DNA of 64,000 bases. It comes from an uncultured Rhodothermales bacterium. Lineage in GTDB: Bacteria; Bacteroidota; Rhodothermia; Rhodothermales; UBA10348. Location: positions 42,036 to 106,035 of the forward strand of contig CAYLHF010000008.1 in assembly GCA_964383365.1 (NCBI GenBank), in the 5' to 3' direction. The position numbers and the translations under genes were made by a program. This document shows positions 28,207 through 38,547 of the stretch, piece by piece; position 1 is the stretch's first letter, and each line of letters begins with the position of its first letter. The notes beneath the pieces are model-generated. The model saw nothing but the letters and a program-made list of their open reading frames with translations. It made no database searches and was not told the origin of the DNA.

Positions 28207-28848
28207 CTATTCCCGGACAATCAGAATATCAGATCGTCCAGATATCCGGATCGTTGATTCATCTTTATCGAGGGCCTCGATCCACGCCTCGACGTGTCCA
28301 CCCTGCAGGGCAGCAAAATCGCCGCCCGACATGGACGTGGACGACGTCTCGAACATGAAGAGCTCGCGACCGGATGTACGAGCCTGAATATGGACTCGAT
28401 ACCTTTCGGCACCGGGGATTGATCTCCAGTTGAGCCCGAACTGAGAAACGAGAACACGTGGAGTCCAGAAAGTATTGGTTTGGGCCGGAATACCGGTAGC
28501 TGGCTCTTTCCGTTCCTGGTAGACGTGCACGAAGAGACTGATCGCCAGCACGGTGACCGCCAGGGCAACGGCCGTGATGGACTTCCAGATCGTCGTCGAC
28601 GGAATAAAATCAGATGCCGTGTAGCCTATCCGGCCGGAAGGCTCGACAGATCTCGAATAGTTTGCAAAACTGGCTCCGTCACCCGATTCGGCAACTTCGA
28701 GCGCTTCGGTAGCCATCCCCAGGAGTTCGCGCGCACCCCTGTGTCGGTTCAGATAGATGGAGATCTCCTTTCTGAGACTGTCCGGCACGTCACCGGACAT
28801 GTACGCGGCGAGTAGATATTCGTCGAATTTATCGGTTTTACGGGACAT
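28207..28848 (-). CDS. Single-pass membrane protein, anti-sigma-factor-like, lacking the zinc motif and lacking an adjacent sigma gene
   Basis: The N-terminus 'DEYLLAAYMSGDVPDSLRKEISIYLNRHRGARELL' resembles anti-sigma N-domains but has no H-x3-C-x2-C. TM helix 'ITAVALAVTVLAISLFVHV'. The C-terminal domain 'LNWRSIPGAERYRVHI...EAWIEALDKD' resembles the periplasmic domain of the anti-sigma at 57286. Confidence 0.45.
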   Translation of the reverse strand: MSRKTDKFDEYLLAAYMSGDVPDSLRKEISIYLNRHRGARELLGMATEALEVAESGDGASFANYSRSVEPSGRIGYTASDFIPSTTIWKSITAVALAVTVLAISLFVHVYQERKEPATGIPAQTNTFWTPRVLVSQFGLNWRSIPGAERYRVHIQARTSGRELFMFETSSTSMSGGDFAALQGGHVEAWIEALDKDESTIRISGRSDILIVRE

Positions 28849-28919
28849 TCAGTTCCTGCTCCCCACAAGATGCAAGGGAAATTCCGAGCGGTTCCTTGAT
28901 GATGTTGATTCCAGTTAGA

Positions 28920-28950
28920 TAGAACGCAAAAAAGTTAATTTTTCGTTCTA
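28920..28950. promoter_or_regulatory. 31-nt near-perfect palindrome in a divergent promoter region
   Basis: 'TAGAACGcAAAAAagttaaTTTTTCGTTCTA' lies between divergent genes (28848 minus-strand start, 29042 plus-strand start). Confidence 0.3.
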
Positions 28951-29041
28951 ATGCAGACATCCAACTCCGAATAGTATGACCCGGTTGAATGGTATCGGAA
29001 TAGACTGCATATTGGGTGCATCTATATTTTTATCTGATATC

Positions 29042-30739
29042 ATGGATTCTGATCTCCTCTCCATCCAGCAGGCCCGCTCGTTCCTCGCCGCGAGTGCCGA
29101 TGCCCAGAAAACGTTCAAGGAATTTTCCCAGAGCAGCGTCGACGGGATCGTAAACGACATGGTCGCTGCGGGTATTTCGGAGGCAGAGCGTCTGGCCGTC
29201 ATGGCCCACGAGGAGACGGGATTCGGCCGGGTTGAGAGTAAAATTGAGAAGAATCTGTTCGCCACACGAACACTCCTGGATCGCATGGAGGGAATGAAAA
29301 CATGCGGCATTATCCGGAAGAAGGAACATGATACGGTCTGGGAGATCGCGACTCCCATGGGTGTGGTCGCTGCCCTCGTCCCGTCGACCAATCCCACATC
29401 GACAGCCATGTACAAGGCCATCATAGCGGCGAAGGCCCGATGCGGCGTGGTCATGAGTCCCCACCCACGAGCAGCAAAATCGACTGCAGAAGCGCTTCGC
29501 GTGGTGGCCGAAGCCGCTTACAGGGCAGGAGCGCCTACAGGCCTCTTCGCCTGTATGACCGAAATTTCGGTACAGGGAACCAATGCCCTGCTGGAGGACC
29601 CGAAGACCGATGTCATTCTTGCGACGGGTGGTTCGGCGATGGTTCGAGCGGCCTACTCGAAAGGGAAGCCTGCGTATGGCGTCGGCTCGGGAAACGTTCC
29701 TGTCTACGTAGACCGTTCGGCAGACCTCGAGAAAGCGGCCAAGGACATCGTTCATGGGGCTTCCTTTGACTTTGGAACCCTCTGCTCGACCGAGCGGAGT
29801 ATCGTCTCGGATCTGCCCGTCAAGGCAAAGCTGTTGGAGCATCTGCGCCAGGCCGGTGGATATCTGCTTGACGAGAAGCAAAAAAATCAGCTCCGGGCCT
29901 TCATCTGGAAAGACGGACGCCTCAACGTCGAACAGGTAGGTAAGAGTCCTGCATTTATTGCCGAAAAGGCAGGGTTTTCAGTTCCTCCGAAGACCCGGGC
30001 CCTGATCGCCGAGGTAGATACGGTGGGTCCCGACGAGCCCCTGTCCGCAGAGACACTTTCCCCCATTCTTTCTCTGTATACGACAGATGGATGGGAGTCC
30101 GGTTGTTCACGATGCAAGGAAATTCTTGATTTCGGAGGAATCGGCCATACCCTCGGACTGCACTGTGGAAACGACCGGGTAATTGAGGCCTTCGCACTCG
30201 AAAAGCCAGCGATGCGGATCGTGGTCAATACCGTCTGTGCTCTCGGGTCCGTAGGCTTCTCGACGAGACTCTTTCCGGCAATGACGCTCGGTCCCGGAAC
30301 GATAGGAGGTTCAATAACCAGCGACAATATCTCCCCTCTCCATCTGGTGAACATCAAACGCCTGGCTTTCGAGACAAACCCCGTAAATCCATCGAAGACT
30401 GCACCCCGTATAAAGCCTGCAAACGGCTCTCATCTACCGGAGAAAAAGGGAACTCGCCCCTGGATGGCAGAAATAGACGAACGACTCAGGAAGCGTGCAG
30501 GCAATCCTCCTGTCAGGCGCGGGACCGGGAAGGGCGGAGATGGCGAGAGTGGCCCGACCACGGGAAATCTCCCTACCCCTGCAGACGCTTCTTCGGAGGA
30601 TACGGTGCCCGGTACGCCAGCCGATTCGTCACGAACTGCACCTGAAATGACCCCTCGGGTGGCGTCGGTCACGGAAAAATCCATGTCCGGTCTCTCAGAC
30701 ACACAGATAGCCGATATCGTCGAACGGTTCAGAAAGTAG
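29042..30739 (+). CDS. Acylating (CoA-dependent) aldehyde dehydrogenase, EutE/PduP/AdhE-N-like, with a long C-terminal extension
   Basis: 'VPSTNPTST', 'ATGGSAMVRAAYSKGKPAYGVGSGNVP' and the catalytic Cys in 'GTLCSTERS'. Start chosen at Met 29042 (MDSDLLSIQQAR). A ~120-aa low-complexity tail follows 'IKRLAFE'. Confidence 0.8.
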   Translation: MDSDLLSIQQARSFLAASADAQKTFKEFSQSSVDGIVNDMVAAGISEAERLAVMAHEETGFGRVESKIEKNLFATRTLLDRMEGMKTCGIIRKKEHDTVWEIATPMGVVAALVPSTNPTSTAMYKAIIAAKARCGVVMSPHPRAAKSTAEALRVVAEAAYRAGAPTGLFACMTEISVQGTNALLEDPKTDVILATGGSAMVRAAYSKGKPAYGVGSGNVPVYVDRSADLEKAAKDIVHGASFDFGTLCSTERSIVSDLPVKAKLLEHLRQAGGYLLDEKQKNQLRAFIWKDGRLNVEQVGKSPAFIAEKAGFSVPPKTRALIAEVDTVGPDEPLSAETLSPILSLYTTDGWESGCSRCKEILDFGGIGHTLGLHCGNDRVIEAFALEKPAMRIVVNTVCALGSVGFSTRLFPAMTLGPGTIGGSITSDNISPLHLVNIKRLAFETNPVNPSKTAPRIKPANGSHLPEKKGTRPWMAEIDERLRKRAGNPPVRRGTGKGGDGESGPTTGNLPTPADASSEDTVPGTPADSSRTAPEMTPRVASVTEKSMSGLSDTQIADIVERFRK

Positions 30740-30961
30740 GCCCGAGGCGACCGTTATACTGATCGCGTACAGATGTGGGAGCAAATAATTGTCGCAGCCG
30801 GGCCACGCAGTACCAGATAACATGGTATCTTCGCGGACTTGAAATTGACTCCGAACCCCCTGAGACGGTATATTTTCCGGTCTTACCGGTTCAGTGTCCC
30901 GTAGACGGGAGTTGAATCCCACCAGAGCATATTCCCGGAATTTCAAATCCTCCTCCAGTTC

Positions 30962-31528
30962 ATGGCTGATACAAGCAGCTTTCGCAATGGTTTTTCGATG
31001 ATATGGAACGGCGATGTCTGGTCCATCGTTGAGTTTATGCACGTCAAACCTGGCAAAGGAGGCGCGTTTGTTCGCACGAAACTGAAGAATATTCGATCCG
31101 GACGAATCGTCGATAATACCTTCCGGGCGGGTGAGAAAGTAGAAGAAGCGCGTGTTGAGCGGCGTAAGTACCAGTATCTGTACGAAGATGATCTGGGCCT
31201 TCATTTTATGAATACAGAGACCTACGATCAGATATCCATGCCGATCGCGTCGATTCCGGGTCGACAGTATATCAAGGAGGGGGGAATGATAGATATCATT
31301 TTCCACGCCGAAACCGAGGAAGCCCTCACGACAGAAATTCCTCTGAGTGTCGAACTGCTTGTCACGGAGGCAGAGCCGGGAGTAAAGGGGGACTCTGCTA
31401 CCGGAGCAACCAAGCCTGCCAAGCTGGAAAGCGGAGCCGTAGTCAATGTCCCGTTATTCGTCAATGAGGGCGATACGATTCGGGTCAACACCGAGAAAGG
31501 TGAGTACATCACCAGGGTGAGCGCCTGA
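30962..31528 (+). CDS. efp: Elongation factor P
   Basis: 'VEFMHVKPGKGGAFVRTKLKNIRSGRIVDNTFRAGEKVE'. Length 188 aa. Confidence 0.95.
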   Translation: MADTSSFRNGFSMIWNGDVWSIVEFMHVKPGKGGAFVRTKLKNIRSGRIVDNTFRAGEKVEEARVERRKYQYLYEDDLGLHFMNTETYDQISMPIASIPGRQYIKEGGMIDIIFHAETEEALTTEIPLSVELLVTEAEPGVKGDSATGATKPAKLESGAVVNVPLFVNEGDTIRVNTEKGEYITRVSA

Positions 31529-31586
31529 AGAACGGGTTGTACTCGATTCTTAATCGTGCAGTAAGCACCCACAAACAGAGAGCATC

Positions 31587-32021
31587 ATGGATCTTGATCG
31601 AATTCGAGAAATCATCGACTTGATTGCGGAAAGCGGCGTATCAGAGATAGAAGTAGAGGAAGAAGGACTCCGGATCGTCGTTCGAAAGCATCAGCAGATG
31701 ACAGGTCCCGGGCCGGTCGAGGTTCAACACATCCAGGCTGCTCCTCCTCCACCCCCGTCCGACCAGCCGGAAATTGAAGTGGTAGCCGGGACCGAGGTCC
31801 GTGCCCCCATTGTAGGAACGTTTTTTCGGGCTCCATCTCCGGATGCCGATGCGTTCGTGAACGTGGGAGACCACGTCAAACCTGGTGACGTTCTATGCAT
31901 CATCGAGGCCATGAAACTGATGAATGAAATTGAGTGTGAAGTCGACGGTATGGTGAAAGAAATTCTGATTGAGAACGCCAGTCCCATAGAGTACGATCAA
32001 CCCCTCTTCATAATCGGATAG
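31587..32021 (+). CDS. accB: Acetyl-CoA carboxylase biotin carboxyl carrier protein
   Basis: Pro-rich hinge and biotinylation motif '[12 protein letters not shown]'. Located upstream of accC. Confidence 0.9.
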   Translation: MDLDRIREIIDLIAESGVSEIEVEEEGLRIVVRKHQQMTGPGPVEVQHIQAAPPPPPSDQPEIEVVAGTEVRAPIVGTFFRAPSPDADAFVNVGDHVKPGDVLCIIEAMKLMNEIECEVDGMVKEILIENASPIEYDQPLFIIG

Positions 32022-32081
32022 TCTGTTCTCCGTTGTTCACTACCTACTCGAAAACGGCGGAGTCCGTCTCATCCCACCCGC

Positions 32082-33431
32082 GTGATTAAAAAGATTCTCA
32101 TCGCCAACAGGGGGGAAATTGCCCTCCGCATCATGCGATCCTGCCACGAGATGGGGCTGGAGACGGTTGCTGTGTATTCCACAGCAGATCGCGATTCTCT
32201 ACATGTACGTTTTTCTGACGAGGCCGTCTGTATCGGGCCACCAGCCAGCCGCGACAGTTACCTGAAACCGGACCGGATTATCGCTGCTGCAGAAGTCACG
32301 GGAGCCGATGCAATACATCCCGGGTATGGTTTTCTGGCAGAAAATGCTGATTTCAGTGCTATATGTCAGGATCATGATCTGAAATTCATTGGTCCCCCAC
32401 CGGAGACGATCCGATTGATGGGTGATAAGAGCCTCGCGAAGGACACCATGCGCACAGCCGGGGTTCCGGTCGTGCCGGGCTCTGATGGCATTGTGACCAC
32501 GTCTTCCGAAGGAAAGCGGGTCGCAGCAGAAATTGGCTATCCGGTGATGATAAAGGCGAGCGCCGGAGGCGGTGGTCGTGGGATGAGAATCGCCTGGTCA
32601 GAAGACGAATTTGATCACGCGATGGAGGCTGCCAGTACCGAGGCAGAAGCTGGATTTGGAGATGGGAGCGTGTATATCGAGCGATTTGTTACCGGACCCA
32701 GGCACATAGAAATTCAGCTTCTTGGGGATGGCAAGGGAAACGTCCTTTCATTCGGTGAGCGCGAATGTTCAATCCAGCGCCGGCACCAAAAACTGCTGGA
32801 AGAGTCTCCCTCTCCCGTGGTGGATCAGGAACTTCGAAACAGGCTCGCAGAGGCAGCCATGACCGGCGCGCGAGCCGTCAACTATGAAGGAGCGGGCACC
32901 GTGGAGTTTCTACTCGATGACCGGGGGAATTTCTATTTCATGGAAATGAATACCCGTATTCAGGTTGAGCATCCGGTGACGGAAGAAGTCACCGATTCAG
33001 ACCTGATCGAGTATCAGATTCGAGTCGCTATGGGCGAATCGGTTCGGGAACGGGATATCCCCATTGACGGCCATGCCATCGAGTGCCGGATCAACGCCGA
33101 AGATCCGTTCCGTAATTTTGCACCGTCACCGGGCACAATTACTGCATTCCATCCAAGTGGAGGACATGGCGTCCGTGTAGACACGCACGTGTATTCCGGG
33201 TACAACGTACCGCCCCATTACGATTCGATGATCGCGAAGCTCATTGTGAAGGGGAGAACGCGCGGTCTGGCTATTCGCAAAATGCTCCGAGCGCTTGATG
33301 AATTTGTGATCGAAGGGATTCGAACCACCATCCCGTTCCATCAACAACTGCTTCAAAACGATATATTCCGATCTGGCGAGTTCGACACGTCGTTTCTGGA
33401 TTCCTTTCAGATGACAGAGCCGAGCGCCTGA
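32082..33431 (+). CDS. accC: Acetyl-CoA carboxylase biotin carboxylase subunit
   Basis: '[14 protein letters not shown]', '[10 protein letters not shown]', 'GGGGRGMR' and '[16 protein letters not shown]'. GTG start. Confidence 0.95.
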   Translation: MIKKILIANRGEIALRIMRSCHEMGLETVAVYSTADRDSLHVRFSDEAVCIGPPASRDSYLKPDRIIAAAEVTGADAIHPGYGFLAENADFSAICQDHDLKFIGPPPETIRLMGDKSLAKDTMRTAGVPVVPGSDGIVTTSSEGKRVAAEIGYPVMIKASAGGGGRGMRIAWSEDEFDHAMEAASTEAEAGFGDGSVYIERFVTGPRHIEIQLLGDGKGNVLSFGERECSIQRRHQKLLEESPSPVVDQELRNRLAEAAMTGARAVNYEGAGTVEFLLDDRGNFYFMEMNTRIQVEHPVTEEVTDSDLIEYQIRVAMGESVRERDIPIDGHAIECRINAEDPFRNFAPSPGTITAFHPSGGHGVRVDTHVYSGYNVPPHYDSMIAKLIVKGRTRGLAIRKMLRALDEFVIEGIRTTIPFHQQLLQNDIFRSGEFDTSFLDSFQMTEPSA

Positions 33432-33451
33432 ACCTTAATTCTGATTCAACA

Positions 33452-33835
33452 ATGAATTTTCCTGACGACTTACATTACACGGATGACCACGAGTGGCTGC
33501 GCGTCGAGGACGACGGGACGGCAACGATAGGTATTACGGACTTTGCACAGTCTGAACTCGGCGACATCGTCTACGTAGAGATTGACACGCTGGACGCCGA
33601 AGTTGCCGCCGGTGAGGTATTTGGTACGGTTGAAGCAGTCAAAACGGTATCCGAATTGTTTATGCCGGTAACCGGAACAATCACGGAATTTAATGAAGGC
33701 CTGGAGGATGCTCCTGAGCAGGTCAACGATGACCCGTATGGAAGCGGCTGGTTGATCAAGACCACGATCGGTGATCCGTCCCAGGTCGAGGGCCTTCTGA
33801 CTTCCGAGCAGTATGCCGAGCAGATAGCAGGATAG
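33452..33835 (+). CDS. gcvH: Glycine cleavage system H protein
   Basis: 'YTDDHEWLRVEDDGTATIGITDFAQSELGDIVYVE' with the lipoyl-lysine in 'VEAVKTVSELF'. Confidence 0.93.
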   Translation: MNFPDDLHYTDDHEWLRVEDDGTATIGITDFAQSELGDIVYVEIDTLDAEVAAGEVFGTVEAVKTVSELFMPVTGTITEFNEGLEDAPEQVNDDPYGSGWLIKTTIGDPSQVEGLLTSEQYAEQIAG

Positions 33836-33850
33836 ACGGGCGGCGGGTTC

Positions 33851-35419
33851 ATGCATCAACGAATCGTTATTCTTGATTATGGTTCTCAGTACACCCAACT
33901 GATAGCCCGTCGCGTCCGGGAAACCGGTGTATACTCTGAAATTCATCCGTACTCCGTCGATCTTCAAGCGCTCACGGCGCTTCGTCCTGCCGGCCTGATC
34001 CTGTCCGGTGGACCCAGTTCTATTTATGACAACGATGCGCCACAGGTCGACCCCGGACTGCTGCGGATGGTCCGGGAAGATGGTTCACCGTTACCTGTTC
34101 TGGGTATATGTTACGGGTTGCAGGGAATTGTTCACCTCTGTGGAGGCCGCGTCGAACAGACGGATCACCGAGAATTCGGACGGGCCCACCTGAACGTAGA
34201 CGACGATTCAACTCTGTTTCGGAACGTAACGGAGGGATCGACGGTCTGGATGAGTCACGGAGACAGACTAACCGCCCTCCCCGACGATTTTGACATCATC
34301 GGACATACGGACAATGCCCCCATCGCCGCCATCCGGTCAAAAGTGCTTCCTCTCTTCGGCGTACAGTTTCATCCGGAGGTTGTCCATTCCGAACCGGGCC
34401 GCCAGATCCTTGAGAATTTCTCTCACGTCATCTGCGGGTGTGCCGGCGACTGGTCTCCTGCTTCATTTATCGACGAAAAAACCGAGGAGATCCGATCTCA
34501 GGTCGGTGATGATCACGTAATTCTCGGCCTTTCCGGGGGCGTAGATTCTTCAGTTGCCGCGGTGCTTCTGCATCGGGCGATTGGAGATCAACTCACGTGT
34601 ATTTTCGTCAATAATGGGCTGCTGAGAAAGAATGAATGGGAGGACGTTCAGTCCACGTTTCGGGATCATTATCATATCCGACTCCAGGCGATTGATGCGT
34701 CAGACCTCTTTCTCGACCGCCTGGGTGGTGTAACAGACCCGGAGCAGAAGCGGCGAATCATTGGCAACACATTTGTTGAGGTGTTTGACGGTGCGACGGA
34801 CGGCATCGTGAACGAACTCGGCAGAAAGCCGAAATATCTTGCCCAGGGCACGCTGTATCCCGACGTAATCGAGAGCGTTTCGTTTAAAGGACCGTCGGCG
34901 ACGATCAAGACGCACCACAATGTCGGCGGCCTCCCTGACGAAATGGATTTCGAGGTCCTGGAACCGTTCAGAGAATTGTTCAAGGATGAGGTCCGAACCA
35001 TCGGACGTCTGTTGGAGGTACCACCGTTGATTGTCGATCGTCACCCGTTTCCCGGTCCCGGACTCGGAATACGGGTAATCGGTGACGTAACAAGGGAGAG
35101 CCTCAGACTCCTACGCGATGCCGATGCAATTTTTATCGAGGAACTGGTCTCCCACGGACTCTATGATCAGACCTGGCAGGCCTTCGCCGTTCTGCTCCCC
35201 ATTCAGACGGTGGGTGTCATGGGCGATGAGCGAACGTACGAGAATGTCTGTGCGCTCCGAGCCGTAACCAGCGTTGACGGAATGACGGCCGACTGGGCGC
35301 AGCTACCACACGCGTTCCTCGCCACGGTATCGAGCAGGATCGTAAACGAAGTCAGAGGTATCAACCGCGTCGTATACGATATCAGTTCAAAACCGCCGGC
35401 TACCATAGAGTGGGAGTGA
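33851..35419 (+). CDS. guaA: GMP synthase (glutamine-hydrolysing)
   Basis: '[20 protein letters not shown]', the GATase Cys in 'GICYGLQ', the PP-loop '[10 protein letters not shown]', and the C-terminal 'PPATIEWE'. Confidence 0.97.
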   Translation: MHQRIVILDYGSQYTQLIARRVRETGVYSEIHPYSVDLQALTALRPAGLILSGGPSSIYDNDAPQVDPGLLRMVREDGSPLPVLGICYGLQGIVHLCGGRVEQTDHREFGRAHLNVDDDSTLFRNVTEGSTVWMSHGDRLTALPDDFDIIGHTDNAPIAAIRSKVLPLFGVQFHPEVVHSEPGRQILENFSHVICGCAGDWSPASFIDEKTEEIRSQVGDDHVILGLSGGVDSSVAAVLLHRAIGDQLTCIFVNNGLLRKNEWEDVQSTFRDHYHIRLQAIDASDLFLDRLGGVTDPEQKRRIIGNTFVEVFDGATDGIVNELGRKPKYLAQGTLYPDVIESVSFKGPSATIKTHHNVGGLPDEMDFEVLEPFRELFKDEVRTIGRLLEVPPLIVDRHPFPGPGLGIRVIGDVTRESLRLLRDADAIFIEELVSHGLYDQTWQAFAVLLPIQTVGVMGDERTYENVCALRAVTSVDGMTADWAQLPHAFLATVSSRIVNEVRGINRVVYDISSKPPATIEWE

Positions 35420-35438
35420 GCACCGATCTCCAGGAATC

Positions 35439-36935
35439 ATGACAACTGTCCCCAACGATATTCGCTCCTGGTCCATGCGTACGAGTCGCATGGTTTCCGG
35501 TCTGTTCCGGTTGAAATCATGGGGGCTGTTTCTGGTATTACTGTTGATCGCCTGCCCTGCCCTCTCCAGGCAGATAGATCCGCGCGTCCCCCGTATCGCG
35601 CAGGCAGACTCGGCGTTCTCCCGGGGACTCGTACTTTTTGATAGAGGATCGTACGAGGCGGCCCGTGGTCAATTTGAACAAATTTCGCGTGTTTTCCCGC
35701 TCAATCGAAGCTCGACTTCGGCGCTTCTCATGCAGGGAAAATCGTCGTTCCGTCTCGGTCAATTCGATCGAGCCATCAGTGAACTGACGGCGCTTCTCGA
35801 GCGTTATCCATCCAGTGGGTATGTCGCCGCTGCTCGCCGGACAATTTCCTTTTCCGAGTCTGCCCGTAGGTCCATCCGGGATACTCCCGTCTCGATAGGA
35901 ATCGTTTTGTCTCTGGATCCTGATGAAGTGGTCCAGACGCAGCAGTTATTCAACGGTATTCATCTTGCTGTAAATGACTACAACGCATCTATTCCTGCAG
36001 TCGGGCAGCTACCCCGCATCAGGATGGTCTTTCGGCAGATCGAAAGAGATCCGCTCCAGATTCGAGCCGCCTTGCAGAGCCTGGCCGATGAAGACGTGGC
36101 ATTTGTCGTCGGCGGCTTGTTCAGTGATCAGGCCAGACTCGTTGCCACTGAAGCCGAGCGTCAGCATATCGTCTATGTCGCACCGCTGGCGACAGATAAG
36201 CGCGTGAGTGAAGGAAATGCATTCGTTTTTCAGGCCAATCCGACAATCAGCATGCGGGGGAAACTCATGGCCCGTTTCGCGGTGAATGGCCTCCTGCTGA
36301 AAACATTTGGAGTCATCGCGCGGGAAGACGACCAGCAGATCGGCGTTCGTATGGCCGACGCGTTCGTGGAGGAGGTTTCCCGACTCGGGGCAGAAATTAA
36401 TTATATCTCACTGCTACCTGACGAAGGGTCGTGGTATCGAATCAGAGACTCTCTCTCGGCCGATACCTTGCAGTACATAGAAGCCATGTACACGCCGATA
36501 AGCGCAAACGACCCTGATGCAATTGCCGGAACCGTACTGAATGCGTTTGACAGACTTGGAAACAGAAATGTACGGGTTCTGGGTAATTCTGCATGGCATA
36601 ACCTACCGATGCGAGGCCTGGCCTCCCGGTTCCTCACCACCTATACCAATGATTTCGTCCAGGACTCGACCAGAGCGGGCGTCATCAGATTTCGACAGGA
36701 TTATGCGTCGCTTTCTGGAGAGAATCCGGGGCGACTCGCCTATTCCGGGTACGATCTGACCCGGTTTCTGATCGATGCGCGCCTCGATGACCCTGTACGG
36801 GGATTTTCAGAGGTTCTCCATCGAACAGCTCCGTATGATGGCCTGGCCTCCAGATTCGATTTTTCTGGAGGAAACGTCAACCGGGCTCTTTTCTATCATC
36901 GGTACCGTGACGGTGCCGTAACACTCATCCGGTAG
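35439..36935 (+). CDS. Exported TPR plus type-I periplasmic-binding-protein-fold protein (LivK/LpoA-like)
   Basis: Signal/anchor 'LFLVLLLIACPALS', a TPR-like region, then 'VSIGIVLSLD...FNGIHLAVNDYN', which is typical of PBP-I proteins. Confidence 0.5.
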   Translation: MTTVPNDIRSWSMRTSRMVSGLFRLKSWGLFLVLLLIACPALSRQIDPRVPRIAQADSAFSRGLVLFDRGSYEAARGQFEQISRVFPLNRSSTSALLMQGKSSFRLGQFDRAISELTALLERYPSSGYVAAARRTISFSESARRSIRDTPVSIGIVLSLDPDEVVQTQQLFNGIHLAVNDYNASIPAVGQLPRIRMVFRQIERDPLQIRAALQSLADEDVAFVVGGLFSDQARLVATEAERQHIVYVAPLATDKRVSEGNAFVFQANPTISMRGKLMARFAVNGLLLKTFGVIAREDDQQIGVRMADAFVEEVSRLGAEINYISLLPDEGSWYRIRDSLSADTLQYIEAMYTPISANDPDAIAGTVLNAFDRLGNRNVRVLGNSAWHNLPMRGLASRFLTTYTNDFVQDSTRAGVIRFRQDYASLSGENPGRLAYSGYDLTRFLIDARLDDPVRGFSEVLHRTAPYDGLASRFDFSGGNVNRALFYHRYRDGAVTLIR

Positions 36936-36978
36936 CAGTGACGGAACAGCACCACCCTGGTATCGTTTACGGCGCCTG

Positions 36979-37008
36979 AACCGGGTAACTAACAGGCCCG
37001 GTTTTTTT
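36979..37008 (+). terminator. Rho-independent terminator
   Basis: Stem 'AACCGGG'/'CCCGGTT' followed by a T7 tract, 44 nt after the stop at 36935. Confidence 0.6.
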
Positions 37009-37089
37009 ATGCACGAATACCGCCCGCTCATTCGTTCTAACGAGATCGAACACCATCTGTCCCGTGCTGAAAGTCGCACGACGTTTATC

Positions 37090-37914
37090 ATGTCCGCAAC
37101 GCGCTCCCGAATTCAATTCGCCACCATTCTGTCCCTGCTCGTTTCCACGCTGCTTCTGTCAGCCTGTGGGTCCTCTTCCCGTCTCGCATACGACACGCCG
37201 GAGGAAGCGTGGACAAAAGGGAAAGAATATTATGAACAGAAAAAATACTCCCGGGCTATCGAATATCTCCAGGGTGTATTCGATTTCGGCAGAACCCATC
37301 AGTGGGCGGCCAACGCGCAACTGTTCCTCGCCAGAAGCTACCGTGCAAATAAAGAGTATTTGTTGGCGGCCAATGAGTTTACGCGGTTTTCCCAGATTTA
37401 CCGGAGTGACCCGCGGGTCCCCGATGCCGAATACGAACTCGCACTGACGTATTTCGATCGGAGTCCGGCATTTGACCTGGACCAGTCGGATACGGAGCAC
37501 GCCATTAACCAGTTCAGACTATTCATCAATCGATATCCGGACAGCGAGTTGGTCCTCGAGGCGCAGAGCCGCATCCGGGAATTGAGGGAAAAACTCGCCC
37601 ACAAAGCATTCTCTGTCGCCAGACTCTATGAGCGTCGCGAGCTTTTTCAGGCTGCGGCCGTTTCATATGAGGCGGTTTTTGACACCTACTATGATTCTCC
37701 ATGGGCAGATGATGCCCTCGTTGGAGCCATGAAAATGTACCTGGCCTTCGCCAGGCAGAGTATTTTTTCCAAACAGGAAGAACGGCTCAAGGCCGCCGTG
37801 ACCAACTATGATCGATTGATCCAGATTTTCCCGGACAGTCCAGAAGTGAAAAATGGCGAGCTTATTTATGAGGAAGTCCAGAGAATGCTGAAAAACATTC
37901 AGACGCTGCCGTGA
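37090..37914 (+). CDS. bamD: Outer membrane protein assembly factor BamD (YfiO)
   Basis: Lipobox 'LLLSACGSS' and TPR-like 'GKEYYEQKKYSRAIEYLQGVF...AQLFLARSYRANKEYLLAANEF'. Start set at Met 37090 because the 37009 ATG lies inside the upstream terminator T-tract. Confidence 0.8.
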   Translation: MSATRSRIQFATILSLLVSTLLLSACGSSSRLAYDTPEEAWTKGKEYYEQKKYSRAIEYLQGVFDFGRTHQWAANAQLFLARSYRANKEYLLAANEFTRFSQIYRSDPRVPDAEYELALTYFDRSPAFDLDQSDTEHAINQFRLFINRYPDSELVLEAQSRIRELREKLAHKAFSVARLYERRELFQAAAVSYEAVFDTYYDSPWADDALVGAMKMYLAFARQSIFSKQEERLKAAVTNYDRLIQIFPDSPEVKNGELIYEEVQRMLKNIQTLP

Positions 37915-37915
37915 T

Positions 37916-38527
37916 ATGAAGCGGGTGAGCATATTCGGCGGCTCGTTCAATCCGCCGCATCTGGCCCACGCCAGGATTGCTGAGTCCGCTGCCGTCCAGT
38001 TTCAGCTAGACGAAGTGTGTTGGATTCCGGCCGGGAAACCACCACACAAGACGATTACCGGAATATCGACCTCGGACCGAATGGCCATGACACGCCTCGC
38101 GACCGGGAAAAGTGACCTGTTCTCCTCCAGTTCAATAGAGGTCGAAAGAGACGGCCCCTCGTTCACAGTCGATACGTTGCGTGCGCTGGCTGAACAGTTG
38201 CCAGATACCCAGCTCTTCCTGCTCATCGGGCAGGATAGCCTGGCCGATTTTTCTGCGTGGCGACAACCGGCCCAGATACTACAACTAGCCAGACTGATCG
38301 TATATCCTCGTTTTGCGGACCCATCAGAGGCCACGATACTCGGTGACATTCAGATGGACGCTGGTATACCGGGCGAACGATCGTGGTCGGCGCTCAGGGG
38401 TGAGTTACTGCCCATTTCCAGCTCGGATATCAGGAGACGGGTACGGCATCACGAGTCGATTGCACATCTGGTTGAACCGGAGGTTTACTCGTATATCGAA
38501 TCGCACGGATTGTATCTTCCTCGGTAG
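37916..38527 (+). CDS. nadD: Nicotinate-nucleotide adenylyltransferase
   Basis: 'IFGGSFNPPHLAH' and 'ISSSDIRRR'. Confidence 0.9.
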   Translation: MKRVSIFGGSFNPPHLAHARIAESAAVQFQLDEVCWIPAGKPPHKTITGISTSDRMAMTRLATGKSDLFSSSSIEVERDGPSFTVDTLRALAEQLPDTQLFLLIGQDSLADFSAWRQPAQILQLARLIVYPRFADPSEATILGDIQMDAGIPGERSWSALRGELLPISSSDIRRRVRHHESIAHLVEPEVYSYIESHGLYLPR

Positions 38528-38547
38528 GGTACCATCCCAAATCTGAT

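Noticed and set aside
28948-29454. 168-aa minus-strand ORF overlapping the 5' end of the aldehyde dehydrogenase gene.
   Set aside because: It is antisense to a well-supported CDS and shows no motifs. It would also collide with the divergent promoter region.
37009-37089. Longer N-terminal extension of BamD starting at ATG 37009.
   Set aside because: That ATG is fused to the T-tract of the upstream terminator hairpin. The lipoprotein signal peptide begins at Met 37090.
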